Positions 20,888-33,197 of a stretch of DNA of 64,000 nt are shown piece after piece. The notes beneath the pieces were generated by a model. It saw nothing but the letters and a program-made list of their open reading frames with translations, ran no database searches and was not told where the DNA came from. The position numbers were made by a program, and so were the translations under genes. The stretch is from Macrostomum lignano (taxonomy: Eukaryota). The stretch is taken from contig NIVC01000362.1 of NCBI GenBank assembly GCA_002269645.1, positions 434,001-498,000 of the forward strand, in the 5' to 3' direction. The first letter of the stretch is position 1, and every line of letters begins with the position of its first letter.

Positions 20888-21976
20888 ATGAACTTTTATT
20901 TTCCGTTTTATCAACAAAAGCTACAAAAAATTTTCTCTTTTCCCTCTTTACATTGCAGAGCTCACACGCTAAAACAATATTTTGTGTATCTATTGCTTTT
21001 CTCCTTTTTCCTTTCTCTTATGGATCCATTTCCGCAACCGATGGATATTCGACCACAGTTAAATCATGATCTTATTTGCCTCGCAACCGTTGTTGCTTGG
21101 TTCACTGAAGCAATATTTTATTCTGAAACTATTGGTGAACCCCAACGGCTACGCATGGCCTCCGCTTTCTTCTCTCGTTTTTATGTTATCCGCTGCCATC
21201 GCTTTTATCCTAAGATGCTCCGCGTTCTACGAATTAGTCTATTTGGTGTGCTGCGTCGTACTCACTCACGACCACGTATACAGAACTTTTCTCCCACTAT
21301 GACTGACGTTCTCAACCGCAGCTTTGTACCAATCATACATTTTCTTTTCTCTCCTAATATGTCTATCGACGATTTCTTTCAACTCTCTGCTTCTACTCTC
21401 CCTCAACCATGCATGCGCTTTAACCAAGACACTTGGCCTCTGTTGCTTTCCTCTCTACGCTACCCATGGCAACAATTCCGCCATGATGCTGCTAATCTTT
21501 CGGCGCAACAGTTAACTTCTACGCTCCAAAATTATTTAACCTCCTTCGATTCTCTCGCCCCTTATGTTTATCAAATTTTTCCTCCATTTTCTCCTCGTGC
21601 TACTAAGAAAGCTATGATACGCACGCTCAATCGTTTGTATCCGCACAATTTTTTCTTTACCCACGCTGTTTTCATTCTCTCAACGCGTTCAAGAAGCTTT
21701 GCTTTTATAATTATCGATTTTTATTCTCGCTCGGTAGTTGCCCATACTATTTTTCCTTTCTCTTGTCCTCCCCTTCGTCGATATTTATACGATATTCACC
21801 GTATACGAAATGCTCTTGTTGGCTATCCTAACACCTTGCCAGAGTACGCCACTCTTCATACCTTCTCCATCAAGCGTATTCAACATTCTCCGCCTTCTGA
21901 TCCTAATATTAATTTTGCTCGACTGGCATACGCTCTTTTTTATGACTTGATTCACCATCATCGCTCACTATTTTAA
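20888..21976 (+). CDS. Accessory ORF downstream of pol (362 aa, or 318 aa from ATG 21020), unknown function
   Basis: Long, uninterrupted, non-repetitive ORF with T-rich codon use. No comparable ORF on the minus strand. Directly preceded by acceptors. Confidence 0.75.
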   Translation: MNFYFPFYQQKLQKIFSFPSLHCRAHTLKQYFVYLLLFSFFLSLMDPFPQPMDIRPQLNHDLICLATVVAWFTEAIFYSETIGEPQRLRMASAFFSRFYVIRCHRFYPKMLRVLRISLFGVLRRTHSRPRIQNFSPTMTDVLNRSFVPIIHFLFSPNMSIDDFFQLSASTLPQPCMRFNQDTWPLLLSSLRYPWQQFRHDAANLSAQQLTSTLQNYLTSFDSLAPYVYQIFPPFSPRATKKAMIRTLNRLYPHNFFFTHAVFILSTRSRSFAFIIIDFYSRSVVAHTIFPFSCPPLRRYLYDIHRIRNALVGYPNTLPEYATLHTFSIKRIQHSPPSDPNINFARLAYALFYDLIHHHRSLF

Positions 21977-22420
21977 TCCGCTTTTTCTTCAATATTGAGC
22001 GCTGAAACACTACAAAAATTGTTCAAAAATACTAAAAAAAAATATTTTCCGTTCTTCTGCCTATTACTCCTCCGCTCTTTTGCGCTCACTTGTGTAAAGC
22101 TTACGCTATTTTTCTCTGTTATTCTGTCAACTGCTTTTTCAAAAGTCATCACGCGCTAGCCTGCTCAACCCTGCTCAACCCTGCTCAACCCTGCTCAACC
22201 CTGCCCAACCCTGACCTACACGACTGCTGCTCTGTGCCTGGTCACTGCCAATTGCTGTCTCTGGCGCTGCTTCAACCGGATTCAAGCCACAACCTTGATC
22301 TACGCAGCCATCGCCCTACACTATGCCTGGTCTCTGCAAATCGCTCTGTCCCTGGCGCTGCTTTCACCTAAGTCAACCAACTAGCACTAAAGCATACGGC
22401 TCAACAACGTTTGTTCCTTC

Positions 22421-22843
22421 ATGACTGCACAGTCTGCTTATCTGACAACTTCGGCATCACATCAAGTGGTGGCCCTGAAAAGGGCCGTTGTTGCGTTCAG
22501 AAGGCCGGACGAACCAGCAAAGCAGCTCGGCTCTTACACCACCGACTCCGCTGGCGGCGCCTCCACATCTGCTACCGCAGTCGACGCTCCAGGCGCGCCC
22601 GACCTGCAGCAGTTGCGCCGACAACAACGACAGCAACGGCAACATTGGCACAGCAGCAGCAGCAGCACCAGCACTCCCAGCACAGCGAGAAGGACGAGCG
22701 TGATCGCCCACCGCCTGTCGCCAAGGTCCCAATCATCTTGGGACCGCTTTGCTAAGTCGCCTAGCAAAAACCGCAAGTTCTTCCTTGTGCTCATGATGAA
22801 TCGAATTTACTTGATTATTAACCGTCAGTCAAAAATCGCTTAA
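22421..22843. CDS. GC-rich island with overlapping candidate ORFs: plus 22421-22843 (140 aa) and minus 22794-22534 (86 aa, single TM plus Cys cluster)
   Basis: Both are ATG-initiated. The minus ORF has WAITLVLLAVLGVLVLLLLL-CQCCRCCRCCRRNCC. The coding strand cannot be decided from sequence. Confidence 0.35.
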
Positions 22844-23420
22844 CTCGCCTTGCTCCATTTTAAAGCTTTGTGTTATATACCCCCTTTGGACTGTACACTT
22901 TTTCCTAGAATTTTTATCTTTTTCGTTTCCCCAGTTAAAATTTTAACCTCTACTTTGTACATGATTTATTAGCTGAGCGGTTCCTCGCTAACCCCCCCCC
23001 CAACTTTCGCTGTACAATGATTTTTATTACCCTCCTTTTAACTCACCGCGTTTTCACTTTAAGCTTGCGTCGCTAAACCTCCATTTTGCTCTGTACACCC
23101 ATTTTATCGATTTTTTGGTTACCCTCGCTGCGTTTTATTCCATCCTTGCTTAGCTAGTTTAGCTTCGCCTAACTAAAGGCCCTCTGCGCTATCCCTTCTT
23201 TCGCTATTTAAACTGATGTTGTACTTTAACCTATGTTACCTTGCTTAAATTGGTTCCCTTTTACTCAAACATTTTTGCTAACATTATTCACTGCGCACTA
23301 TTTTTTCTGCGACAACTTTTCTCGTTCACTACAATGCGTTATCTTTTTCTGCAATTTTATCAATTTTAACCCCTACTATACTTTTTCTGTTTTTATGCGC
23401 TCGGAGGGCCTCGCTTCCCC

Positions 23421-23435
23421 GAAAAATAGAGCGAA
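23421..23435 (+). promoter_or_regulatory. Polypurine tract
   Basis: GAAAAATAGAGCGAA directly abuts the TG of the 3' LTR. Confidence 0.8.
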
Positions 23436-24088
23436 TGAAGTGATACATTTTGGCTCTAGAAAGCTCCCATCCAGATTGAATGTATTTTAACCAATGAATG
23501 CGCTCCAAATAGCAAAAGCTGAGGACACGACCCCAACCTCAACCAATGAAAAGCAGTTATGTACCATCCAATGCGATCAAGACTGAAAAGTACTATAAAA
23601 GCTCATGTTAACCAAGCAAGAAGCTCGCCTTTTGCTCGCTCCGCCTCTCCTCGCCCTTGCCTCTCCTTCGCCATTCTCCTAGCTTACCTCGTTTGACTAT
23701 TTTGATTGACACAGTTAGGGTCTCAACCCAAACACCAAAACTTATAAGTCGACTTACTAAAGCCAAACCAACACCCAATCCACGTTTCACAATAGACTGA
23801 ACCTTCGGTTCACCCGAACAACTAGAAACACCTTGTGACTTAAATCGAACGAGCTTCTTATTTGGAATTCCACCTTAGACATTATATTTTGTAAGATAAC
23901 ATCTCGAGATTGTGACCATCAAATACAACGGTCTGTAAGTTAACATCAAGTGTTTGCATCATCAGGAAAAGTCAGTTGAATCCGCCGCCTCAGTTATTTG
24001 GCTCTCACATTGATATTTGAAGTAGAACAAGAGCCATAGAAGTGAGAGACCAGAAGAAGAACAAGAAAATATATTTTAAAATATTTCA
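23436..24088 (+). repeat. 3' LTR (653 bp)
   Basis: Same length and apparently the same sequence as 7227-7879; followed by the TSD GTGA. Confidence 0.97.
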
Positions 24089-24325
24089 GTGAGGTGGGTG
24101 CAGGAGTGGAGTCTGTGCGGAGTGAGGTGGGTGCAGGAGTGGAGTCTGTGCGGAGTGAGGTGGGTGCAGGAGTGGAGTCTTTGCGGAGTGAGGTGGGTGC
24201 AAGAGTGGAGTCTGTGCGGAGTGAGGTGGGTGCAAGAGTGGAGTCTGTGCGGAGTGAGGTGGGTGCAGGAGTGGGGTCTGAGCGGAGTGAGGTGGGTGCA
24301 GGAGTGGGGTCTAGCTGGAGTGAGG
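24089..24325. repeat. 33-bp G-rich minisatellite (~7 copies), right part of the array hit by the element
   Basis: Unit GTGAGGTGGGTGCAGGAGTGGAGTCTGTGCGGA; 11-aa-periodic ORFs. Confidence 0.95.
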
Positions 24326-25077
24326 CTCAGCTTTATGGCTTTGAATCATAAAATGTTTGTAGTGCAAATATTTTTCTCCAAACAAACAAAAAACTTACTG
24401 TAAATAAAATTGAGTTTGTAAAGAAAAGATTAGCACTTTGATTTTTATGATTTCAAGCTAATCCCAAAGCGAAGAAGAGGTCAAAATCATAGACAGCGAG
24501 GAAAAATAGCACATGGCAATAAATCAAACTGTTTCAAGGTGCCACGAGTGTAATTAAAGAAGGCGACAATTTCTCAATGCAGCCATCCCGCTGATGAAGT
24601 GTCACTAGCTATCGGACGCGCGTACAACTAACTATGAGGCAGCCCGCTCTCTGTTTATGCCGGCGTGTTTCTCATATGTCTCTTCCTTCTATTTTCTCCA
24701 CTTCAGTGACAAGTGCACGAAATTTAGGCAACTGCGCACAGTGAGAAAAAGCCCCAATACCCAGCTGAGATGGCGTGGCTATGGGTAGAGCGCCATCTGT
24801 TGCCGGTAGAAACAAGCCAATTCCTATCCCATCTTTCGCTGCCTCTGTTAATTTTCTGCTTTTATGTCTGTGCACTTTTGTCCAGCTTTTACTTCTCCTC
24901 TGAAGCTGCTGACAGATTGACAAGTTTGGGGGGGGGGCACTGCAGGATGTGGCGGGAGATTCTTAATGGAGCAGAAAGATTTAGAATCTTTCTCTCAAGT
25001 TTTTGGTGGTTTGGGGGCATTTCTCAGGGGCTTTTGTTTGATTTTACTGATGGCCTTACCATCTCTAGGGGCATAGG

Positions 25078-25685
25078 AGAGGGGAGGCAGAGAGGGTGGC
25101 AGAGGAGAGGGGAGGGCAGAGGAGAGGGGAGGGCAGAGGAGAGGGGAGGGCAGAGGAGAGGGGAGGGCAGAGGAGAGGGGAGGGCAGAGGAGAGGGGAGG
25201 GCAGAGGAGAGGGGAGGGCAGAGGAGAGGGGAGGGCAGAGGAGAGGGGAGGGCAGAGGAGAGGGAGGGCAGAGGAGAGGGCAGAGGGGAGGGGAGGACAG
25301 AGGGGAGGGGAGGGCAGAGTGGAGGGCAGAGGAGAGGGGAGGGCAGAGGGGAGGGGAGGGCAGAGAGGAGGGGAGGGCAGAGGGAGAGCAGAGAGGAGGG
25401 AGGGCAGAGGGGAGGGGAGGGCAGAGGGGAGAGGGGAGGGAGGGCAGAGGGGAGGGGAGGGCAGAGGGGAGAGCAGAGAGGAGGGGAGGGCAGAGGGGAG
25501 GGGAGGGCAGAGGGGAGAGGGGAGGGGAGGGCAGAGAGGAGGGGAGGGCAGAGGGGAGAGCAGAGAGGAGGGGAGGGCAGAGGGGAGGGGAGGGCAGAGG
25601 GGAGAGGGGAGGGGAGGGCAGAGGGAGGGGAGCGCAGAGGGGAGGGGAGGGCAGAGAGGAGGGGAGGGCAGAGGGGAGGGCACAG
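25078..25685. repeat. Purine-rich (G/A) low-complexity satellite
   Basis: Variants of GGAGGGCAGAGGAGAGG, almost no T. Confidence 0.95.
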
Positions 25686-26235
25686 AAATGAGAAGGCGCT
25701 GAACTGTTGCGGACGAAAGCAGAGACAGCAAGGTCAGCTTCAGAATAATTCGAGTTTCCAGCGCTGTTGCCACGGACACAGCCAGCCAGAAATAAGCATC
25801 AACCCCCGCCCTTAGGCTAAGCTGATCGCCCAGTAGCCTGTCAGGAAGCCTGTCATGAGCGCATCCGGTTCATTCATCCTTGACCTGTCTGTCTGGTCCA
25901 TCTTTTAATATTTGCAGAGTGGTATAAAAGTTATACACAGCGAATACGGTTGACTATATAATGCTCAAGTCTCTCGTGCACTCTTGAAGATATTTTGAAG
26001 CAATGTTGTAAGTGGTAGCGCTTTCATTGCGCATTCAAAATTTTTATCAGTTAAGCAATTTTCCCATTTATAAAGTAGCAGTTTATTATTGAAAAGGCAT
26101 CTATAGTCATTCTATTGAGTTGATAATGAGTATACTCTCCATTGAATGCATGCAAATTAACAATATAGCCCTGACAATAGTGAGTAATAATGAAAAAAAA
26201 TCTTCTTCTTAGCTTTAAACTTGCAAGGTCAAATT

Positions 26236-26452
26236 GGGAATCACGTGACTGCAATTTAATCGACACTGCGAATCACGTGACTGCAATTCAATCGACAAAT
26301 GGGAATCACGTGACTAGTTATTCAAGTAACAAATGCGAATCACGTGACTGCAATTCAATCGACAACCAGGAATCACGTGACTGGTAATTTAATCAACAAC
26401 CGTAAATCACGTGACTACTAAATCAACCGACAACCGGGAGTCACGTGACTGG
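26236..26452. repeat. Array of seven TCACGTGAC E-box motifs at 32-34 bp spacing
   Basis: The motif starts at 26241, 26273, 26306, 26340, 26373, 26407 and 26441, with diverged spacers. Confidence 0.9.
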
Positions 26453-27018
26453 AATTGAAGCCACTTAGCAAAAAATTATCAATCCTCGTATTTATGATTT
26501 ATTATTTCAGAGTTGTTTAACAAACATAATCAGTCACGAAAGCTGCAAAGCACACAGAAAAATCTTTCGTTCCTTAATGAGCAAAGCTTTCTGAATCAGC
26601 GCCAGCCCATCGAGAAAATGCAAAACTACTATAACTAAAATGACAAGATAATGAGTTTTTATGATTTCAAATTCACGATGCATAAAGTTGAAATACAGTC
26701 TGTTTAAGTCTAAGCAATACAGGGTTTATAATTAAGTACTAAAAGGAGGACTCATTGTTTCACAAGACAAAAATTAATTTTAATTTTTTACGTTTAAAAT
26801 TTGACTAATTAGCTAGACAATTGATCGACATGAGATTTGCTATGGATTCCTCTTTTCAGAGCGGAAATTCAAAGGATAAGGATAAACTTGAATGCAATGA
26901 CGGGCGCTGCACCTCTTTCTACTGATGAACATGTACAGCGCGTTTGAAGCGTTCACACCTTTCTAGCTGTAGTTCGACATCCAATTAGCAATATTTTTAA
27001 GAATGGCACACACTGATG

Positions 27019-27212
27019 ACCGACACACCCACAGCTTCCTGTGACTGACACACCCTACAGCTTCCTGTGACTGACACACCCACAGCTGCCTGACCGACAC
27101 ACCCCACAGCTTCCTGACCGACACACCCACAGCTTCCTGACCGACACACCCACAGCTTCCTGACCGACACACCCCACAGCTTCCTGACCGACACACCCCA
27201 CAGCTTCCTGAC
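27019..27212. repeat. ~23-24-bp tandem repeat (CTGACCGACACACCCCACAGCTTC)
   Basis: About 7 copies read directly. Confidence 0.9.
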
Positions 27213-27234
27213 CACCACCACCACTGCCACCACC

Positions 27235-27277
<43 letters not shown>

Positions 27278-27286
27278 GCAACAACG

Positions 27287-27338
<52 letters not shown>

Positions 27339-27830
27339 AGTACGCAGCCCCGCATACAGCGTCACACTTAGAGCAGGGTGCATCAGAAGGCGCGCCACAG
27401 AGCCTGAGAGCGGACGTAGTCCGCCCCGCTGTTGGCAGTGTCGGGCGCCCTGCAGCGTTGCATACATTTTAGGAGGCAGTCCACGTATCGACGGGTTCGG
27501 GCCTGACCCCGCCTGAACGGGCCCTGCAAGGTGAGCAGCAGGACGTTCTAAACAGGTTGCGGGCAAGGGCACGTGGCCCGCCAGTTGAAGTCGCCGCCGG
27601 TGCAGGCTGATGGACGGGTGCTGCAGCTTAGACCGGTCGTACAGGGCCTCGGTCCCGACGCTCTCGTCAGCTCGAAAGGCCGCACGGAGCAGCCCTGAGT
27701 GTGAGTCGGCCGGCACAGTCAGCACCTCGGTCATCAGCGTGTTGACAACCAGACCGACGCTCGATGCCACCTCGACCAGCCTGTCGACACATCCCAGATT
27801 CCTGACGGACACACTTCAAATCTACCTGAT
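27213..27830 (-). mobile_element. 5'-truncated, degenerate non-LTR retrotransposon 3' end (RTE-like) with a (TTG)n tail
   Basis: The minus-strand peptide LLRAAF...TEALYDRSKL...SLHRRRLQLAGHV resembles the post-RT C-terminus of RTE-type ORFs. It ends in ~110 bp of (TTG)n, seen as (CAA)n at ~27225-27338. Confidence 0.6.
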
Positions 27831-28015
27831 ATACACAAGGTCCTGACCAACACACCTTGGAATTCCTGACCAACGCATCCTAAAGCTTCTTGAGCAACAA
27901 ACACCTTTAGCTTTTAAAAGAAAATCAGAATGAATTTCACACAACTACTCAACTAAATCTGCCAGACAAATCGATTCAAATTACTCTTTGATCATTGAGT
28001 AAATTCATCGCAACA

Positions 28016-28131
28016 TTAAAGAGTCGCTTCATCTCCGCTGCCACCGAGAATGGACACAGTCTCGCTTTGACAAAACTCTTCATTAAATTCGGCGGCTAAT
28101 GGACTCAGAAATTCTCGTTGTTGTTGCACAG

Positions 28132-28174
<43 letters not shown>

Positions 28175-29320
28175 AAGCAGGCGGCGTCGACGTCTGCGCC
28201 TCGGCGAGCTGTTAGCAACCTGAGCAGGCGACACCCTCGACACCAACGGCAAGGTGTTGCCATCCAGGTAGCCAGTGAGGGAGTAACTGCCCGAGTTCTG
28301 TTGCCGCTCCGACCGGAGGTAGCCTGCGGCCGAGGCCCCGCCCGTCCGGATGCCGAGCAGCTGCTGGAACGCGCACCGGAACTCTCTCTGATTGAAGCAG
28401 TACAGTATGGGATTCAGGCCAGAGTTTAGGTAGCCAATCCAGGTGATCAGGTCCACGTGCCAGCTGGCCAGGCCGCTGCACTGGCTAGCCGTGAACGGGC
28501 AGGCAACGTACATGACAAAGAAGGGCAACCAGCAGACGTAGAAACAGCCAAGGATCAGGCCGAGCGTCTTCGTGGCTTTGGTCTCGTGCCGGATCTGCCG
28601 GCAGGCCAGGCCGCCCTGCTGCGCCCTGATGAGCTCGCACTGGTCGGTGGCGATCCGGTGCACCCTGGCGTAGGCCAGCGTCATCACCAGCAGCGGCAGG
28701 AAGAAAGACGTGCTTGCTGACACCACGGCGTAGGAGCGGTTCACCTCCATGCGGCACTGCGGCACCCCGGTGTCTGACGGTTCGGCCGACGCAGCTTCAA
28801 CTGGTCGCACCAGGCCGGAGAACACCGGGCCGAAGCTCAGACCGATGCTGACCGTCCAGACCACGCCGACCGAAGCGACAATTCGTCTGGGCTGTACAAT
28901 CTGGCGATAGCGCAGCGGCTTGTTGACTGCGATGTACCTGTCCAGACTGATGAGGCACAGGTGCAGGATGCTGGCCGTGCAGCACATGATGTCGCAGGAT
29001 TGAAAGAATTTGCAGAACAGATCGCCAAACGGCCAGCACTTCAGGAACACGTAGGCTGTAGACGAGGTCATCACGGTCAGAGCGATAGCAATATCCGCAG
29101 TTGCTAAGGACGCCAAGAGATGGAAGCATTTCTGCGAACGCAATCGACGAAATCTGGCCACGGAGCAGATGACCAGCGAGTTGCCAACCAGGGTCTCAAC
29201 AATGAGCAGCGTCATGAGCAGCAGGGTCAGCAAGCGAAGCGGCAAGTCCTGGGAAGTCCATAGGAAAGAGAGGGCGGACTCAGTTGAGGACCCGTTTGAG
29301 CAGATCGATAGCGGCGGCAT
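28016..29320 (-). CDS. Intronless class A biogenic-amine GPCR (octopamine-beta / D1-like / beta-adrenergic group), 434 aa
   Basis: Seven TM segments: GNSLV (TM1), LATAD (TM2), CDIMCCTASI and SLDRY (TM3, with the amine-binding Asp), SASTSF (TM5 serines), KATKTL...CWLPFF (TM6), WIGYLNSGLNPILY (TM7). First ATG at 29320; N-terminal NGS sequon; polyQ tail. Confidence 0.95.
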
Positions 29321-30146
29321 CGGCTGTAGCAATTGCTGTGTTGCAGGCTCGATTTGCAGTCAATCGAAAGCAGAAACCAGCCAGGAGAGGGGATTATTTT
29401 CCAGTCTCTCGGATAGGGGATTTGGGAAGCGGACCTCAGTGTCGCTAAGCTGCGAGCCAAGAAATAGCCGCGGGGGGTTCAATGCTTTCTCTCTGTCCCA
29501 CTAAACACGACGAGGGAAGGCGGCTCAAGAAGGCTTGCCTCAGTGCACTGATCGCACTGTGCTTTAGGGATCTTCTTAGGCGATTTCCCATTGGTTTGTA
29601 CAGAGAGCTGTTCAAATAGCCGCAGCCAATGATGCTGGTCAAGCTTCATCGCGCTTGCACAGTTGCTAAGCTAAAATACTCAACACAGTGTACGATACTC
29701 TGTGGAATGCAACTGATATTTCTCTGTCGTTAACAATTTTCATCTAGTTTAAAAAAAATCGAACCACAAGTAATTAATCCATAGACTTTGGCGAAAATAC
29801 TGGTATATTATCTCATAATCAAGCTGATCCAACAACGTAAATTTGTCAATGTCAGACAGTCTACCCGAATTGTCAGACAAACTACAGAATTTAAAAACAG
29901 TTTTACGGAATTGTCAGACTACAAATAATTTTAAAAAATGCCAGGTGTAATTTATCGTGCACGAGCTGTCATTATTTATAAAGATCTGAAGTACCACTGA
30001 AGAAAATTGCGCTTAGACAAAATGTAGGGATGACAAGATAGGTCAGAAAAGGAGCCACTTCAGAATAAGACTGTCACCTGATTCAAAAACCTGTAGGACC
30101 TGGAGCTAGTTCATAAGAGTGCATCTGCTCAGTTGCACTGTATCTG

Positions 30147-30147
30147 T

Positions 30148-30197
<50 letters not shown>

Positions 30198-30202
30198 AAT
30201 CA

Positions 30203-30241
<39 letters not shown>

Positions 30242-30242
30242 A

Positions 30243-30273
<31 letters not shown>

Positions 30274-30274
30274 A

Positions 30275-30305
<31 letters not shown>

Positions 30306-30400
30306 AATCTATCTATCTATCTATCTATCTAATTATCTATCTACGAGTATCTTGTATCTATCTATCTGTCTTATCAGTCTGTCTGTCTGTCTATCTAGCT
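30147..30400. repeat. (TCTA)n microsatellite
   Basis: Read directly. Confidence 0.97.
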
Positions 30401-30937
30401 ATGTGCATATTTGCACTTTTATAAATAGCTCCACAAGGATTAGCCAAGCATTGATGGTAAGAAACTCTAAGGCCGAAAAACAGTTTTATGAGGCTCCAAT
30501 CTTATCGCTCAGATCTCTGAACTTCCGTCCCGCATTCAGCGCCGCAGACTGTCGTAAAAAAAGAAAATAAATTAGTAAATTGGAAGATAAAACTTCATAG
30601 AATCGGATTTTGCAACGTAAGATAGAAGGCAAAACTAGGCTGAGGGGCCATTTTCTTAGAAAAGAATTATCCGCAAATCAGCGCACCGTCTCTAAGAAAA
30701 TCCATTAAAGCCCAACTGTTTTTTAGATACGAGTACATTCAGCTAAATTGCCTGGGCAAAAAGCAATTTGCTGAAAGTTCCTGCTTCCAACTTCGTAGCA
30801 ACTTCAGCCCCGGGCAATAAATTTTTGAAATGAGAATTTTAGTTTGTTCAGTTCCGGGAAGGAGTCAAAATATTTTTCTTTAACTTTTTCGACGTTAAAT
30901 TTTTGAGGAAGTTAATGTGGCTCATTTTTGCTCATAA

Positions 30938-31408
<471 letters not shown>

Positions 31409-32227
31409 ACAGCCTCGCTTATTAATTGGAAAAAATCTTGTCGACGACTGAACGAACCGTGCGACCTATGCTTCAGTGGAGATGACACAGGAGATGCGGG
31501 TGAAGCATGGTAAGCATAATATGTCAACATTGTAAGTAAATTAGTGGCTATACTAATGGCTATATAATAGAAACTGATTTTTTTACAATGTTCCATTAAT
31601 CTGCAGGTCGGATGGATTCGGAACGCGCAGTTCGCTTCTTCGAGAACTGCGACTTCAAGAATTGCACGTTTCAGTTTCAGTCTTGACTATCCTTTTTTCA
31701 GTGTATTCCAGAATGTCATGTAGACTGTTTACGATATTCCCTTATGTCAGTTAATAAATGCATAGTTAAACTAACTATGGTTCAAACGCCTGCTAAAGCT
31801 GAACTAATGGCCAGTTGAGTTTGTCATTACGCCAGGCTGTGGCTTATGGACAATGTCTCACTATGACACCCTGTGACCCCACTGCCTCTCTATGACAATT
31901 CACACTGTCTCTATATGACATCCCTGCTGTTTCTTTTACAAAATGGTCATGAAAATAAATAAGATAACTATATTGTACCATGACCTTAATTGTGCCCGCT
32001 GGGCACTTATTCTTGCCTTTTAATGCCATACGAGCGTAGACTACATTTAAGCCCGCTTGCAGGAAAGAAATATCGAAATTAGCGGGCAGTTAATGACATT
32101 TAACGCCCAATTATTCTGTCCCACTCTGTCAAGGACACATTAAACGTCTATGGCACAATAATAGTAATACTAATGCTTTAAGGGCGTTAATGGGAAATCA
32201 GAGGGTGCCTATTATGTGCCCTTATGT

Positions 32228-32272
32228 GTCTATGGTCAATAGCCTATTACTATTAGGCTATTGACCATAGAC
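32228..32272. other. Perfect 19-bp inverted repeat with a 7-nt spacer
   Basis: GTCTATGGTCAATAGCCTA-TTACTAT-TAGGCTATTGACCATAGAC. Confidence 0.9.
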
Positions 32273-32835
32273 TACAGGATTCCTAGTAGACTAAAGGCTT
32301 ACAGTGACATGTATGATAGCAAAGTAGTATGTAGCCGCAGTCAATTTTCATTTTCATTATATTTATAAATAACACACTGTAGACAAAAGCAACACGCTTA
32401 CGCATATATTGGCGCTTCAAATGTACTTTTAGAAGAAAATCGGCCACTTGAACATGTTGAGCTGTAGATTTTACAATCAACAGAAGCAATTACGATTGCG
32501 AGGCCAATATCTTAAGGAACGAGTGTACGACATCTATCCCTACTAATTCGTTAGTCCACAAGTATCCAATTCTGGCCAAAACTGCCGTATCTAGAGCAAG
32601 TCATTTCCTAATTTCCTCATTTGCTTCCCCAAAAAGTGCAACATCTCGCTGGCGTCGAAGGATGCAAATTTTGATAAGTTTCTGCTTCGGCAGCCAAGAA
32701 GATTTATGACTTATGTAGAGTAGCTGCTGTAAACATATACGAGCGCAGTTAACGGCGCTTCTGCCATTAGCAATATTTTGTTACAGCTTGGTTTTAGTTT
32801 CTCTCCATTAAAATTACAATTAGAATTTATTAGAT

Positions 32836-33197
32836 TCTGCTTCCACTGAATATCGGGAAATAGGGTGACAGCTTCCACTAAATATCAGGAAATAGGGTGA
32901 CAGCTTCCACTGAATATTGGGGAATGGGGTGACAGCTTCCACTGAATATTGGGGAATGGGGTGACAGCTTCCACTGAATATTGGGGAATGGGGTGGCAGC
33001 TTTCACTGAATATTGGGAAATGGGGTGACAGCTTCCACTGAATATTGGGAAATGGGGTGACAGCTTCCACTGAATATTGGGGAATGGGGTGACAGCTTCC
33101 ATTGAATATTGGGGAATGGGGTGGCAGCTTTCACTGAATATTGGGAAATGGGGTGACAGCTTCCACTGAATATTGGGGAATGGGGTGGCAGCTTCCA
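32836..33197. repeat. 32-bp tandem minisatellite (~11 copies)
   Basis: Unit CAGCTTCCACTGAATATTGGGGAATGGGGTGA. Confidence 0.95.

Larger units (their letters stand above)
7227..24088 (+). mobile_element. Full-length giant (16.9 kb) Ty3/Gypsy (Metaviridae-type) LTR element with env between gag and pro-pol, plus accessory ORFs
   Basis: Two 653-bp LTRs (TGAA...TTCA); TSD GTGA at 7223-7226 and 24089-24092; PBS and PPT present; gag zinc knuckles; domain order PR-RT-RH-IN. Confidence 0.97.

Noticed and set aside
24770-25815. Gly/Arg/Glu-rich and Pro/Leu/Ser-rich ORFs of 239-310 aa
   Set aside because: Products of a purine-only low-complexity satellite.
28118-29129. ORFs overlapping the GPCR
   Set aside because: GC-rich shadow ORFs of the receptor CDS.
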